From positions 1,116,001 to 1,180,000 of the forward strand of contig JAYWIR010000038.1 of assembly GCA_036172245.1 (NCBI GenBank): a stretch of 64,000 nt of DNA. Direction: 5' to 3'. The translations under genes were made by a program, and so were the position numbers. Positions 12,350-25,900 of this stretch are shown here, piece after piece (positions within the stretch are counted from its first letter, which is position 1; every line of letters starts with the position of its first letter). The notes below the pieces were generated by a model. The model did not search any database and was not told the DNA's origin. It saw only the letters and a list, made by a program, of their open reading frames with translations. This DNA is from Raillietiella orientalis. Its lineage: Eukaryota.

Positions 12350-15300
12350 AAAAAACTTGGAACCAAAAGAAGGGCTAATCAAACGGCAACAGGCCGAAGA
12401 ATACTTAGATGGTCTCGGGTGCATCGAAGACATTCAAAGCCGTTCAAAACATGGAGTTTTCTGGTGGTCCGTGATTCGCCCCTCGAGCTCTTTTCTACTT
12501 CCGTTTGAACTCTCTGGCTTTCCATTTCTGATTCTGATTGAGACTTCCACCCGTGTACCGGTTCGACTTGTATTTCCAACAGATGCATCCAGAAATCTGA
12601 AAGCAGATTCGGATGTCCGTACGTGCTTCCCGAACATTCCGACCAGACTCGTGGAATCTCCTCTCTTCTATGCAATCCACGGCACTCGGCAACCATCTGG
12701 TACATTTTGGCACCACGAAACGCTACTTGGAAGCAGCAGCACGACTGCTGCTGCTTCTCGGTTCTCATTGAACACCCCTACGTTGAACTCCCCCCCCCCC
12801 CTTTCTCTTTCCGCCCTAAACGCTCGTGTTGGCACCCCTGGCGCAGTCTGACGGAAAAAAGCTGATGACGAATCAGGAAACAGCAGGAAGTGCGGTGATT
12901 CCAATGTTTCGGATGGGTAATCGATCCGCGAGGTGTCCATAGCGAGATGGGGAGGATCCGCTTGTGTGGGGCACGCGACACTTCCGCAACATCCGCAAAC
13001 GCTAACAAAATCGGGCTCCGAATCGATGTCCGAGTTCGGGAACCGAAACTCCGCCCACAGCCCCGTCAAAGATTTCCTGTACGATCCTTCCCTTCCGACG
13101 TCTATGCCGCCATTTTGCAGAGGGATGAGTTCATTGGCCCATGGGATGCGAACTCGCGAGTTCCGGCAGAGGAGGAGAGGTCAACCGAGGCCGAGAAGTG
13201 GATTCGGTACGTAAAAGAATTCCAAGGCGCCATGCAGATTAGGAAGAAGCTTACGAACGAGCACGTCGAATGCCAGCCGAAGAGGCGTCGCAGAGAAGGG
13301 TGGCAGCAGCCGGGATGCTCTCCTAAGCAGCTGCGGGCGGATGTTTGTCATGACGAGAGCAGGGAAAAAAAAAAGCACCCGAAGTGCTGGAGGCGATCAA
13401 AATACTGTTTCACAGTCCTTAGCGTCATCTCACGGCTCTTTCTCATGCCTTGAGAAGTGGTTGTTTCTCCCCTTTGCCATTACGTTGAAGCTATTTATCC
13501 AGGATCACATATGAGCATAAAAATGCAATATCGATTTTAGAAAACGCGCAGTTTTCACTGCGCGTTTTCTAAAATCGATAGTGCAATGTTACACAGTGAA
13601 AACTGTGTAACATTGCAATACTTGAAAAGCAAAAAAAAAAAAAAATAGAAATCCTGCAACATTATGACAATAAATCACCCGAGCAATAAGATGGAGCGAA
13701 CAAACAAAAGCATCCTGCATACATCTTACATGCAACGATGGCACTCTTGTAAAAGGGTTTGAACTTTACAGGAACTTTCGTTATGTACGGGCGTGCGGGT
13801 GCAGAGAACCTTGAACATTAGCCAGAGCAGACACCTCTGTGAACTTCTTGCTGTATCCTTCGAGATCTCATTCAGTCTGGATATCCGCTGGAAGTGCATA
13901 AGTACTTAAAGAACAAGACTGGTCTACGAAGTGAAGCCCCCCGGTACAAGCGGTGCCAGAGAGCAGCATCCGCAAGGTGGGGAAAAAAGCACTGTGGCTT
14001 CGTTCTTTCGCCAAATCGGTCGCGTGGCACAAAGATGAAGATCAAACTCTCAGCCATCACACCTTCCGTGCAAGCAAAGCATCCTCGGGAATGCTTTTTA
14101 AAAAGAATCGCATGAAACCGAAGATCGGCAAAGCACTCTCTCAGACACGTAGCACACCAGTCTATAAGATGAAGCTACCTTTATTCAAGCCATTCCGTTG
14201 GCAACAGACATTTTTCTTTCCAAACGGAAAACTCTTTTCTACTCTTCATCGTGCTTGCAGTGGCATGGACCCGGGTCATGCGGATGGCAGGGAACGTTTC
14301 CTGAGCAGAAGAAAGAGGGAATTCATGTAGCCGTGTATGACGGCATGGTTACGTTCCTTGGGCACGAGTGAGAGATCACATGATTCTCCAGGAAGCTGTC
14401 CTCGTTCCCATCTCGGGCCGTTTTTTGCCGTCTCGAGCACGAGACCTTCGTAAAGCGTATCTGTGATGCTGCCTTAGGCGATCGATAAGCACAGAACGAT
14501 TTTCCACAGCGGTCATCACGCCTGCCCATAAGACCGAGTCTTCAAATCCCACTGTTTACATCCCGTTTTGTTGAAGGCGTCGCCTTGGAACACGACATCT
14601 TGAAGATCAGTTTCGTTTCCTGTCGGTAGCAACCCTCACGAAGCGTGAAGCGCTTTCTTGCTCCTAACTGGCTGGAATCAGCATTCCCTGAAAGGACTGA
14701 AGAGGAGGAAGAAGAAAAACGTGGCTTGCGAGTATTATCTTTGTGTTCCTTTTCAGGGAACTTCGAAATCGAAACGTTGGTTCCCCTTTCGCCTTGCGGT
14801 CCAAGCCTTGAAAGTTTTACGCTCGGTAGAAAACACGAGTCCCTTTTTTTCGCTTCCTGCCTTTCTATCATGAAACGCGAACGGAGTGCTACTTGGCTTA
14901 TCTTCTCTGGTGTTTCGCCAGTCCTGTCGGAGGGGAACGCCTGCATTCCGCCAGATTTCATTTTCCTTCAAGATCAGCCAAGTGAATTGCTTGTCGGAGG
15001 AGCCGCGTCGACCTCGGTTGCATCACAATCATCTCCAGGACTTTGCACGATTTTCTCATTTCGAGGTGCACAAGGGTCACACTTCTGGGAGCAGCACCGC
15101 AGTTCTGTGCTGTCTGAGCACCCTTTCGAAAGCGAGCGTGTGTGTGCCTTCCCACAATGCTGGCTGCTCTCTTTCGGGCGGCGGAAAGGCCTTCAGGCAC
15201 ATTTTTTTTTTTTTTTTTCTCCAGGGTTTCAGAAAAATGTCATCTGCATGGTATCACCACCGTGCCGAGTTGATACCGCCTTAGCAGTTTCTGCTGATGG

Positions 15301-15590
15301 GCTAACAGCTACAGCAACCCCTTACACGGGGAAACAAACTGAGCAGATGCAGCACCCCCAGCGATTTAGATCCTGCAAGGACCCTGCGGATCGGATTGGA
15401 TTCAAATTCCAGAGGATTTGCGTTCTGATTGTCTTCAAGCATTTAAGGAATTTAATTTGGGTATGGCATTCCAAATCAACGCTCGATTATACTGCTGATC
15501 AAAGTACTTCCGGAAAGCAAGTTGGAAAAGACTTTTTTCGAAGGCAAGGTAACTCGGCACCACTCTATAAATCTGAAGCGCTTTCTAAAT
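12350..15590 (+). mobile_element. Decayed LINE ORF2 (EN, linker, RT, post-RT), interrupted around 13500-13700
   Basis: GGDQNT (~GDxNT linker motif) ~13395; KPPGTSG (~KAPGPDG) ~13935; LPLFKPFRWQQTFFFPNGKLF (~LPxxIxxxQTxFxPGR) ~14180; GLRVLSL (~KYLG region) ~14725. Confidence 0.45.
13524..13620. repeat. Two adjacent perfect inverted repeats (24-bp and 16-bp stems)
   Basis: 13529-13580: tatcgattttagaaaacgcgcagt-tttc-actgcgcgttttctaaaatcgata. 13582-13617: tgcaatgttacacagt-gaaa-actgtgtaacattgca. Confidence 0.95.
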
Positions 15591-16583
15591 GAAGGTCATC
15601 TGGAAGTACAATCATATGACATGAATTTAGTTGCAAGCTGTTGGTCAGCCAAACTCCCCGGATTGATGCTGAAGAGGGGGGGGGGGGGGCAGCCTTTGAA
15701 TTAAGTTAATCCCTTTTTTTTTTAAAAAAAAAAAAAAGAAAAAATCAGAGTCTCCCTGCATCTTTCTCCCATGTGGAAATGAGTCAAAGCACCCGTTGTT
15801 TTCGACGGCTGCGGCTTGAGCAAAGCACTTCCAATTGCGTAGCAGTCATCCTGAAGTCGAAAAGTGCTTTCCTGCTCTTCATGAAGACATGGGGGGGGGG
15901 GGGGAGGGGAGGAGGGGTGCCGTACAATTTCCAGGGTCCCTCATCCACGCATGCTGGCTGCTTGAGCCTGATGAAGCTAATTGTACGGCCTTGAAACTTC
16001 CTAGCATGGAGGTCCAAAATAATCTCACGATTTCTAGGAAAGCGTTATTCCAGAGATCTGCGTGGAGGTGGATACCTGCTGATGATGAGAATACACGATA
16101 GCTCTGCCTGCTGAGACCGTAAGGTGATTCCTTGGTTATTTAAAGTGTTTCTTTTTTTTTTTTTAAAAAAAAAAGAAAAAAAAAAGTAAAAAAGAAAAGT
16201 TGTGTAATTTGCTTCCCGCCGTTCGTTTTTCGTTTTCCGTTCCTTTGTGCACTATTAGAATTCTGTTTTTATTTTTCAACGGCTTGGCAGTGTGCTGCCT
16301 GCCCGCGCGTGTGTGCTTCGTGCCCCTCGAAGATCTCGGCAACCCGTTGTTCACCCGGTGGGAAAACAAGGGATTTCGTTCTTTCTTCCAGAGTTTGTTT
16401 CAGTGGAGCATTAGTGGGGATTCACGGACACGGGAGCACGTAAATTAACGAAAAAGAAAGGCACTCCCCGAGGTCGAATGCGAATGCATCGGCAAGCACG
16501 AAGATGTGAATGGACCTCCCCCCCCTCCCCCCCCCCCAAAAAAAGAGAAAAAAACAAAATTTTTCTAATGTAACAGCGTAAGA

Positions 16584-16614
<31 letters not shown>

Positions 16615-17117
16615 CAGATCATTTAATGAGCCAACGTGCAAAACCTCCCGCTTGTCACGCAGGCACCGTAGCCTCTTGTAAAATTGCTAATGGCAGGTGC
16701 CTCGATTTGATGCTGCTTAGTGATGAAAAGCTGCCTCGGTTGGCCCTGCACTGTAAAGGGATGCATAATAAAAAAACTTGTTTGTTTTATACTGGCATGA
16801 CGAGTATACATGCTCATTTTATTTAATGCTTGCTCGCTGCTTAACCAGGTGCGCTAACAAAAACACACAAAAGCGCCGCAGCCCTCACATGATCCTTGTA
16901 GGTGCAGGAAAAGAGTAATGTGACCCAAGATTGCTTTCTATTCATCTAAGCACATTTTGCAGCAGTATAGAAGCCATATTTGCCAGACATGTGGTTTCCG
17001 CAGTTGAATATTTGTTTTTCTCAGTTGAATGTAGTATTTCATGGTTTGACCAATGGTTTCTTTTGTCTACTGAGATTTGTTTAACAAAAAGAGTATCTTT
17101 TGTTAGAAATAAACATC

Positions 17118-18105
17118 ATGCTACACATTAATTTGCTACCTGTGGTGCTTGGTAGTGTTGCTGGTCTTGGGATTATCATCATAATAAGAATCATCTTGAA
17201 TAAACGAAAATGTAGTCTACTCACTTTGCAAGATCCTGAAGCAAATTATTACCTTCGATTAGTAGATAAAGAAGTGGTTACACACAACGTGCGGAGATTT
17301 CGTTTTTCCTTACCTTCACCTCGTCATGTGCTGGGTACATAGATATTTGTTTCAACTTTTATAGTTGTTTTAGGGCTTCCAGTAGGACAGCATGTGTATT
17401 TGAGTGCTGATATTGATGGTCATAAAGTAATTCGCCCATACACCCCGGTGACATCTGATGACCACTTAGGTTATGTGGATCTTGTGCTCAAGGTCTACTT
17501 TAAGGATGTACATCCCAAGTTCCCAGCAGGTGGAAAAATGTCCCAGTACTTGAACAATTTGCCGCTTGGAGAAGGTGTTTATTTTCGTGGTCCAAGTGGG
17601 TTGCTTATTTACAAAGGCAGAGGGCAGTTCTCTATAAAAGCTAACAAGAAATCCAATCCTAAGCTGGTTCAAGTGAACAAAGTCAGCATGATTGCAGGTA
17701 AGAAATTAGAATCTATGAATTGCTTGTAGAGAAATTGCAGGTGGAACTGGGGTAACTCCAATGCTGCAAATTATCCGTGCTGTTCTAAAAGATCCTGGTG
17801 ATAAAACTGTTTTGGCTTTGTTGTTTGCAAATGTTTCTGAGGAGGACATTTTGCTTAGAGATGAATTGGATCAGTATGCTGCTGATCACGAGCAATTCAA
17901 ACTGCATTATACTTTAGATAAGGCACCAGAAACTTGGTCTTTCAGTGAGGGCCATATTAATGCTGACATGATTGCAAGCAACTTGCATGCTCCAGCTGCT
18001 GATGTTCTGGTGCTTTTATGTGGACCTCCTGGGATGATCAAATTTGCTTGCCATCCCAACTTGGATAAACTTGGCTATAGTACAGATTTGATCTTTGAAT
18101 ACTAA
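17118..18105 (+). CDS. CYB5R: NADH-cytochrome b5 reductase (membrane-anchored CYB5R1/2/3 type), 301 aa, 3 exons
   Basis: Exons 17118-17334, 17374-17697 and 17741-18105 total 906 nt. N-terminal hydrophobic anchor, [25 protein letters not shown]-binding [17 protein letters not shown]-binding [13 protein letters not shown] and CGPPGM. Introns are 39 and 43 nt, both GT-AG. An extra upstream exon cannot be excluded (acceptor-like ttttgttag ending at 17106). Confidence 0.96.
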
Positions 18106-18549
18106 CTGGTTTGACACTTATAGATTGAACATTTTGTTAAACTGTACCAACTAAAAAATGCATGTTGATGGAAAAGTGTATTAAACTTTTGGAGATCCTG
18201 TCATATATTTTATGCTTAAACTTGTACATGACGGGTGGAAATATAATGGACTGTGATGAATCTACGTGGTTTCTCATTCAATAATTTGACGAGTCAAAGT
18301 GTGCCGGAATATGTTTTGGCCTCTTGAAACTTTCCCAAATGCAAATATCAGAGTGCATTTCACCATCCTATCTGTGAAATCGGTGCTTTATGCAAATGAT
18401 CAAACAAAATGCTTTAACAATTTGGAAAGTGTCACTTCTCATCACGAAACTATCCAAGAAACATACCCATTATTAGTAATTTGCAAAGCATTTAATGACC
18501 TTAAACTTCCTTGGCAACAAGCGGTCAAGGATGAGACGACATGATGCAA

Positions 18550-21500
18550 ATGCAACACCGTAATGTAGCGTACTACGAAATGGTTTTGCTGCGGAATGTT
18601 AACCGTTCGGTACACAGCCGGATCAAGGAAATGAAGCACCCAGAAACAAGGCACAGGAAACAGGCTCAAACAGTCTGCATCCATGGTTCCGAAATAGCGA
18701 TGATCATGGAAACCGGTACAAGTGTGTGACCATGTCCCTACTCTGGATTCAAAATTTGTGCTTCAATTCGCGAGCGTCTCTCTCATTCATTCCCGTGAGA
18801 ATGGGGGGGGCAAAAAGATGGGAAAGGCGCGACTGGGTAAACATCGCACTTCCGTTCACTTCGTATTCGGAGACGCAGGGTGACCGGCAGGGTGTCAGAT
18901 CGGTTGGAAATTCACGATTCCATGCGTGCTCGTTAATGGGCACAGCATCCCCAGGCAACCGATGATTGTTCGCGGCCGCGTGGTCCATTGCCAAGGGCGA
19001 CTCGAGCTCCGTACAGCTCCGTTCCCGCGAGATGGCTCCCCGCGATGTTTCCTTAAAGCGCGTACGGGCGTGTACGTGCTAACGTGTCGCTTCACGGAAA
19101 CACTTTCCCGAGAAACGCCGCGTTCCTCACCCCACACCTTCCGCTTTCACGGTTCAAGGTCGACGCGGCTCGCTGGGCGCGTCGGGTGCCATACTCAGCC
19201 CCAACATCGGATCACTTTGGTGGTGCATTCCAAGGATTACGCAGGCGGGGGCAGGCGACGTCTACGTCACGGACAGCCATCTGCTTGCTGGATCGGACGT
19301 GGTCATCCACCTGCAGTCCACCTGCAGGTTTCTGTGCGGCCTGCAGCACTTTGTAAGAAATGGAAGCGGAACCTCTGCTCACCGTGACGGCCGCCGATGC
19401 ACAGGCGGCAGCTCACGCAAAATCTCAGAGTGAGCACCCATCGCCAATCACTTCCGGTGATGCGGAGGGATCCGCAGCAGGAGAGGACGCAAGTTCCGAG
19501 GCGCGTGCGAGCACCACGCAGCTTAGGCGGTGCTCCCTCACGAGGGGTCGAATGCTCTCCCTTTACAGGGAAACGGGGAAGACCGGTCGTGCGTTATGGA
19601 GTTGCCGTGGACGCTACGAAGAACCGCGGCGAGGAGGAGAGGCATTTCATTTCACAAAGAGTGCAAAGAGTGAAGCTGGAAACAAGCGAGGGTTGGGATC
19701 CACTCCGGAACGGCTGCGGAGCGGCGAACGGATCTGCTTTGAGGATCGCGGCCTGCGAGCTCGTTGCTAGGCGCGGAGGAGTTTGCTGAAGAACGCCTCG
19801 CAATGCAGCTGCTCGGATCTTCCGGACGAACAAGACTACCGAGCCGCATCGGGAGGAATTTCGGGCGCGGTCCGACCGACTCTGGAATCGGGAAGCGGGA
19901 GTCTCCTTCTCTTTGGCGCTCTTGGCGGGACAACGGATGCCGCGAATTGCTGCTCGGTCGCAGAGTCCCATGAGAGGAGTGGGAAAAGAAGCGAATGTTT
20001 GGGAGGACTTCAACGCGTCGAGGAGGACCACCACGGCCCTACTAACGCGTAACCTGCCTCACGAAAGGCGTGCGGGTGTAACTGCACGCGGATTCTGTCT
20101 ACAGTTGCTGGAAACGGTGGTCTGGTAGCGTTCAGAGCCTGAACTGTTCGGAAATTTCATCATTCTGCCGCTGTGTCACACAGCAAAAAAAAACACACAC
20201 ACACATATCTGCATGCCTACTTCTCGACCACGGATGTGGTGAAGTCTGCCGTAACGCAAGCTGCGAATCTCGTCACGAATCGTGGCTTGGAGTGACGTCA
20301 GCTGAAGCCGTTCGAGTTCGGATGCCAGGCAAAACGCGAGCTCCTGCACCCCGCGTGCCATCTTCGTGTCAGGCGGCTCGGTAGAGTCCAAATGTCAAGA
20401 CGTTTCTGGGAACTCCGAGAAGAAAGGAAGCTGTTCGCAGGGATGAAGGTCGCTTCTTGCAGATATCACTGCTTGTGGACGAGAGGCGTATTTTTCCCGG
20501 CTCCTGGGTCCTCCACACACAAGCGACTCTTTCCGCTGCACTACCAATGCCTCTCGAAGAGAAGAGTCGCGGGGAAACCATCCCCCTGCCAGCTGCAGCC
20601 TCAACACGTCTGCCGGACTGCAGTCGAGGAATTCCGCATCTGATGTCGAAAGGGACCACGAAAGCTTCAAGGAGAATTTGAAAACAGTCGTGGAGAATTT
20701 GGCGAAACCGGAATATGGCTGCAGCCACTTGCTAATGCATTCTCAGCACAATCAGAGATAGCTCCCTCCAAACATTCAGATTGCCCTGATTGATTTCCAG
20801 ACCGATATTTCACCTAGGAGTCAATCTGGTTCTCTTTTAAAGGTGAATTTTATAAGACCTATGCACCCACAGAGGACATCCTTTGATGACAGCGCGTGTC
20901 TTGAAGGTATGTGCTCTCTTTGAAATTACATGACTGTGTGTGTTTTCTAGAATGTAAAAAGCAGGGGTTGCACTGCACAGATGAAAATCTTCACGGTCAA
21001 CTCCTCATTGCTGATTCAAAACCGTATGCCGACAGCAAAGACAGATGTGCAAAGAGAAAATCTAGGAAATGTCATTTAGGTGAGTTTCTAATCATCCACC
21101 TAACAAAGAAGAATACTTTGTGTCTTCACCACGCATTAGTTTCTTATTGGCGCGTAAGTTGCAAGGAAGGATGACTAAAGGTAGAGAAACACACTTGACA
21201 AGAATCCAAATCAATTGTCTGTTTATTTTCATATTAAAAAAGAAAAAGAAAAAAAGGTGAAATTTTTTAATGCCTGGCTATCAATAATCAATCCATTGAT
21301 CGACCCGGCAACCTATCGAAAGAAGGTCCACTCCCCACAGTTTTCGAGTCGGTCTTTTCGTTTGTTTTCTCATGCTCCCCGTCGATGGAGTAGCAGCGGG
21401 TACGAGGGCGCTGCAGCACCACCATCAGAAGAACATGAGAGGTCAGCGCACAAGCATAAGCTCAACATGGCTGCAGAGACGGAAGGCGCGCCGTGTTAGC

Positions 21501-22400
21501 TAAGGCGTGAGATTCCAGGAAAGTCTGCTGCGGCATCGAGAGAGTTTGGGCAGGCAGCATGGGAATGGAGGTCCAGTGGCCAAGGCAACTGAACAGATGA
21601 AGCTCGATGTGTGGAACGGTTGGTGCAGGACCAACTTCGTGCTCGCTCAAAGCTCAAGCAACCCTGCAAATTGGGGTTGGGCGCACGCCGTCTGGACACA
21701 TCTTCTCGAACCTCGTGGTGGTGGTGGTGGAGGGGGTGCCAATCTCGCACAGATTTCTTGGCTGCAAGTTTCGCGATTTGCAAAGCACCGCCTGTTGGAA
21801 GGTCAAGCAAGAGATAGGGATGGAGCTAAATGAAATTCCATTGCGAAATAAGTCTTTGGGACTCCCAATATGCTGACACGGGAAACCCGGTTCGCATCCC
21901 ACGTACGCAAGTGGCAATCCTTCCCTTCTGTCGTGTCACGTATCCTTAATGAACAGTCAGCTCCAAAGCAGGGACTCCAGGAAGCTTGAGGGAATCGACA
22001 TTCCGTCACTGAGAATTCAGAATTTCATCGCACGTCCTGGAACCTGCAACGTAATCGCTCAACGGGATGCAGAACAGAAACGTTCTGTTAGCAGGAAGAG
22101 GAATGCTTCTAGGCCGGTAGTAAAACCGGGTGTCTAACGCATCCATTCCGAAATTCCCTTCCGCAAATACCGGTGAAAGTTCCCATTTCGCAAATTCCCC
22201 GTCTTACCACTGATGATGGATCTTCGAACGTGAAAAAGCAACTCGCACTCTTTTATCCGGACGTTTGCTGAGTTATTTTTTCTGTTTTCGAAAATGTTTT
22301 CCTCTCTCTCTGTGATTCCGACGATTTAATGATAACTAAGAAACAGTCATCTTTCGAAATTACGGCCTTACTGACGAAAGCAGCAGGCTTACCACGAAGT
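18550..22400 (+). mobile_element. Decayed near-full-length LINE ORF2 (APE endonuclease + RT), L1/Tx1-like
   Basis: LRNVN at 18589-18603 followed by TVCIHGSE (~CLQE); KGDSSSV at 18993 (~GDFN); TFRFHGSRSTRL ~19140 (~SRLD); exact SDH at 19207-19215; KWKRNL ~19358 (~WKLN); ISSRIVAW ~20270; LLVDERRIF ~20472 (~DxEKAFD); SFDD ~20880. Many stops and frameshifts. Confidence 0.65.
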
Positions 22401-24549
22401 GGTTTTCTCGCGGCTTGGGTTTCTTCTCGTAGTTGCCAGAGGTCCAAGAACGTACACGAACAGAGTGGGTTAGGAGCTGAAGTTAGGCTGGCGCCTGTTT
22501 GCAGGCACCAGCCTTGCACTCACAAGGCTGGTGCTGGTGATTATGCTGTATACAAGAGTTAATTTTAAGACTGCTATTTCTGCTACGTTCGGGGGAGAAC
22601 GGGAGAGCACGCAGTTGCAGCACGGAACCACCAACTTCCAACCCAACTCCCTTGTATTACTTTGTACTGGGCAAGAGTGACAGCGGGTTCCAAATTTATG
22701 ACGTCAAACTTAATGCTGAGCACCTCGGATCAATTTGGTTTACGGGATTGCGTTCTTAAGACGAAAACTGGATGTATTTTAAGCGCGTCGTTGCGTCCAA
22801 AGAGTGTACGTACAGTTTCACTTCAACTCTTCGAAACCTGAAGCGCAAAAGAAAAAAAAGAAACGTGACAGCTCAAAACTGGAACTAGTTCGCAGATTCA
22901 GTTTCAGTGCCTTTGTTCACCGTGGATAACTTTCCGGAAGCAGGTCATCAGCATTACAGAGTGTTTCGACGTTTGCTCAATAGGCCATAAAATGCACACA
23001 CACACACACACACACTTACTCTTGGTTGAAGGGCATGTGAATTTTTCTCAGAACACGCGGTGGGAACACTTTCTTGAACCCCGAGGGTCACTTCATCCGA
23101 AGCAGATCGATCAGCCAGGGAAGGTCATCTCAGCTGCAGTCATAAGTCGACTCAGGTTTCAATTAATGCCCCATCAATGAGAACTTCGAAAGGTGGATCA
23201 TATCAGGAAAGTAGGCAAAATGTGAGATCAAGTAAGTGAAGTGCAACAAAAATTGCAATGTCAATTATATCTCCGCGAATGTAAGAATTTTTTCATTACA
23301 AGTCGTTACGAAAAGTTAAAGCAAAATGGCGATTGTATTTTCCTTACACTTGAGAGAGTGGGGATGCAAAAGCAGAAACCTAAGGAAATAAAACAGAAGC
23401 CTTTTTAAATCTCCTTTACCAAACCAGGATTGCCAGTGATGAGGCACTGCCGAAAGAGAATGCCATCGCAAATCCTTTGATCCATTATAAATACCTAGCT
23501 TTTATGGCTTAACGAATACACGGTCAGGGCAAGAAGAGTAATCAAAATTTTAAAATAATCGAAGCAACAGAGGATTTGGAGAAAGAGTGTTTTCATCAAA
23601 CAAATCTAATACGATAATCCAATTAGTTTGATCCAGTCAGTTTTGGAAACAGCTGTCGGATACTTTGGAATATGAGGAAAAGCAAGAAAATAATAGTAAT
23701 AGCTTTATTTGTTTTTGGACATGCAATTTCCAAGCAATTTTCCAAGCAATTAAGCCTTTTTCATGGTTTGCGTACATTAAATGCTGAGTTCAATGCTGCA
23801 ATTAAGGGATCTTGTTGAGAGTAGTGTTGGAGAAACATTCAGAGTCAAAACATTCAAATTAAATTTCTTCATGTAAATGAATGATCTGATGCTTTCATTT
23901 GTTTTATAAGAATTTATTTTAAAATAATAATAACATTGCATAATTGTGATGCACTGGTTATAGCATATTAATAACATCATTAAAAATAGCATATTTATAA
24001 ATGTTCTCCCGTTCATGCATAGACTTCTTTAACGGAACATGTACATCGATTAGGTGCTGATATTCATTCACATGTGCTCTTATCTGCTTGACAATTACAC
24101 ACATGTTGATTTGCGTGCATATGTAATCAAATCTGAATGTATGTATGTAACTGTACGTGCACATGCATCTGTGCATCTGCATGCCTTTTGTTTTCACTTA
24201 TAGTCCTTCCAAGGATTTATTTCGTAACCAGTGCAGTCATTTTGTCATCATCATCATGTCCACGCTGATTATGTTCATATTCCATGCATACTGACATTGG
24301 TTACTGCTTACAAATAGCGCAAACATCTAGTAAGTTGAATCCAGTAAGCACATATGTGAGAATGACCATTTCACCAGAATAACGTACAAACAAGACGTGT
24401 GCTTCATTCTAATCATTTGTTCTAATAGTTAGTTTAGTGCCAGCAATCCTTTTTTTTTTTTTTTCGATGAAGACAAAATAATGGTAGTATTAAAATGTTG
24501 TTAGAGGACTGTTCGATTGATAGCCAGAATAGACCGTATAGAATGTAGT

Positions 24550-25900
24550 TTTAATAGTAAACTTGAATTCTGCTTCCTCTGCCAGTGTAATTAGATTGTT
24601 TTACAAACCGTTCATGCATCACATCGTCAGATTTAGAACATTTTTCTTTAGCCAACATATGAAGATTACAAGAAAGAAGGAAGAAACGTTTCCAGGGAGG
24701 TCCCGAAAACGCGATTCTATAGGCACCTTTTCCTAGAAATTCTAATGCTTGATGCTGAATGTTTTTGGGGGCTGCAACAAAAAGTCAACAAGAGAAATTC
24801 ATTACCGATCTGTATGAATTAATAATCTGTGTGTCTATTGAAAAATTGGATTTTTCTGTTTACACGTTTCCAAACGATCAGTTCTTGTTCTCGTAACGAC
24901 AAGCAAAATCTGTGGGAATTCTCAAGCTAATTTTCAATAAATGTAGAGCAGGGAAACTGAGTTTCAAATGCTTTCAACCGCGGCATAATTCCAAATGAAT
25001 AGACATCTTTAACGAATTCCGTTTTGATAGATGAAGCAAATGTTCCAGCCATGAAGATCAGAAGCAAAATAAAATCAGTTTCTCTATTTTAGACATCCCT
25101 TTTTGAGGTGTCATGCATTTCTTAAAATGGTTGTACGTTTACAACAAAAAATTTACCAACTTTCCAAGGTGGGTGCACTTAGATGTCTGTGCGAGTAATG
25201 TTTACAAATAATTGCTCATTTTTTTTTTTTATAAGTATAGGTCCTGGTAATTTTTAAAAAATGAAAGTGAACAATGGCGCTGATGAATTCTATACTTGCT
25301 AATAAGCATTCGTCCATTCATGTTCAATTCCTTCTTGGTTACTCTGTGGTTCTATTCAAGCGGGTATTGCTAAATATTTACTATTATTCTTACTTCGATC
25401 GTGTTTTCTCATCTTTCCGTTAAGGCATTAGAATGTTTAACGTACAGTGTGCATCGAAATGTCTTTTTATTGTACAGGAAAGGAGAAAACAGCACATGGT
25501 CTTTAATTTTTGAAAGCTCGATGCTGGAAACGCAATAGCATAGAGGGGATGCCCTTGGAGCGCGTATTATGAATGCATGTGTTTATCCTTCTTATAGTTG
25601 TCAAAGTTTTTTTGCTTTCGTGAGTTCACATCTTCAATAGTGTTAAAAAACGGAAGTGTTTTCAAAAGTTGCATATCTTGTTTATATTGAGCGGGACCAA
25701 TTTGCCTAGTTTATATGTTCCTTATGGTAATGGTAATGTGTGGAATAGATTGATATGTGCCCATATGATACCTGAGCACAGTCCCATTTCCTCATTTCTC
25801 TTTAATGCTGTGGAAAGTAAAGAGAAGTATTGCATCTGAAAGTGAACTGCTCACTGTGCTCTTATCTATGCTCAATTTATCCCCCCCATAAAGGTGAGTG
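24550..25900 (+). mobile_element. Decayed piggyBac-like DDD transposase
   Basis: Five motifs lie in one reading frame and in the right order: HLFLEILML 24724 (~FLGILIxMG), TRFQTI 24862 (~RxRFxxI), VLIDEANVPAMKIRS 25021 (~IDExMVPFKGR), ADEFYT 25279 (~DNFYTS), LCGSIQ 25342 (~CGTxR). Frameshifted IMNACVY at 25566 and Cys-rich CSLCSYLC..H at ~25846 follow. TIRs and TTAA not identified. Confidence 0.62.

Noticed and set aside
14645..15592. 315-aa ORF as a host gene
   Set aside because: Non-ATG start, runs through a poly-T tract, has no domain, and lies in the post-RT part of a decayed LINE
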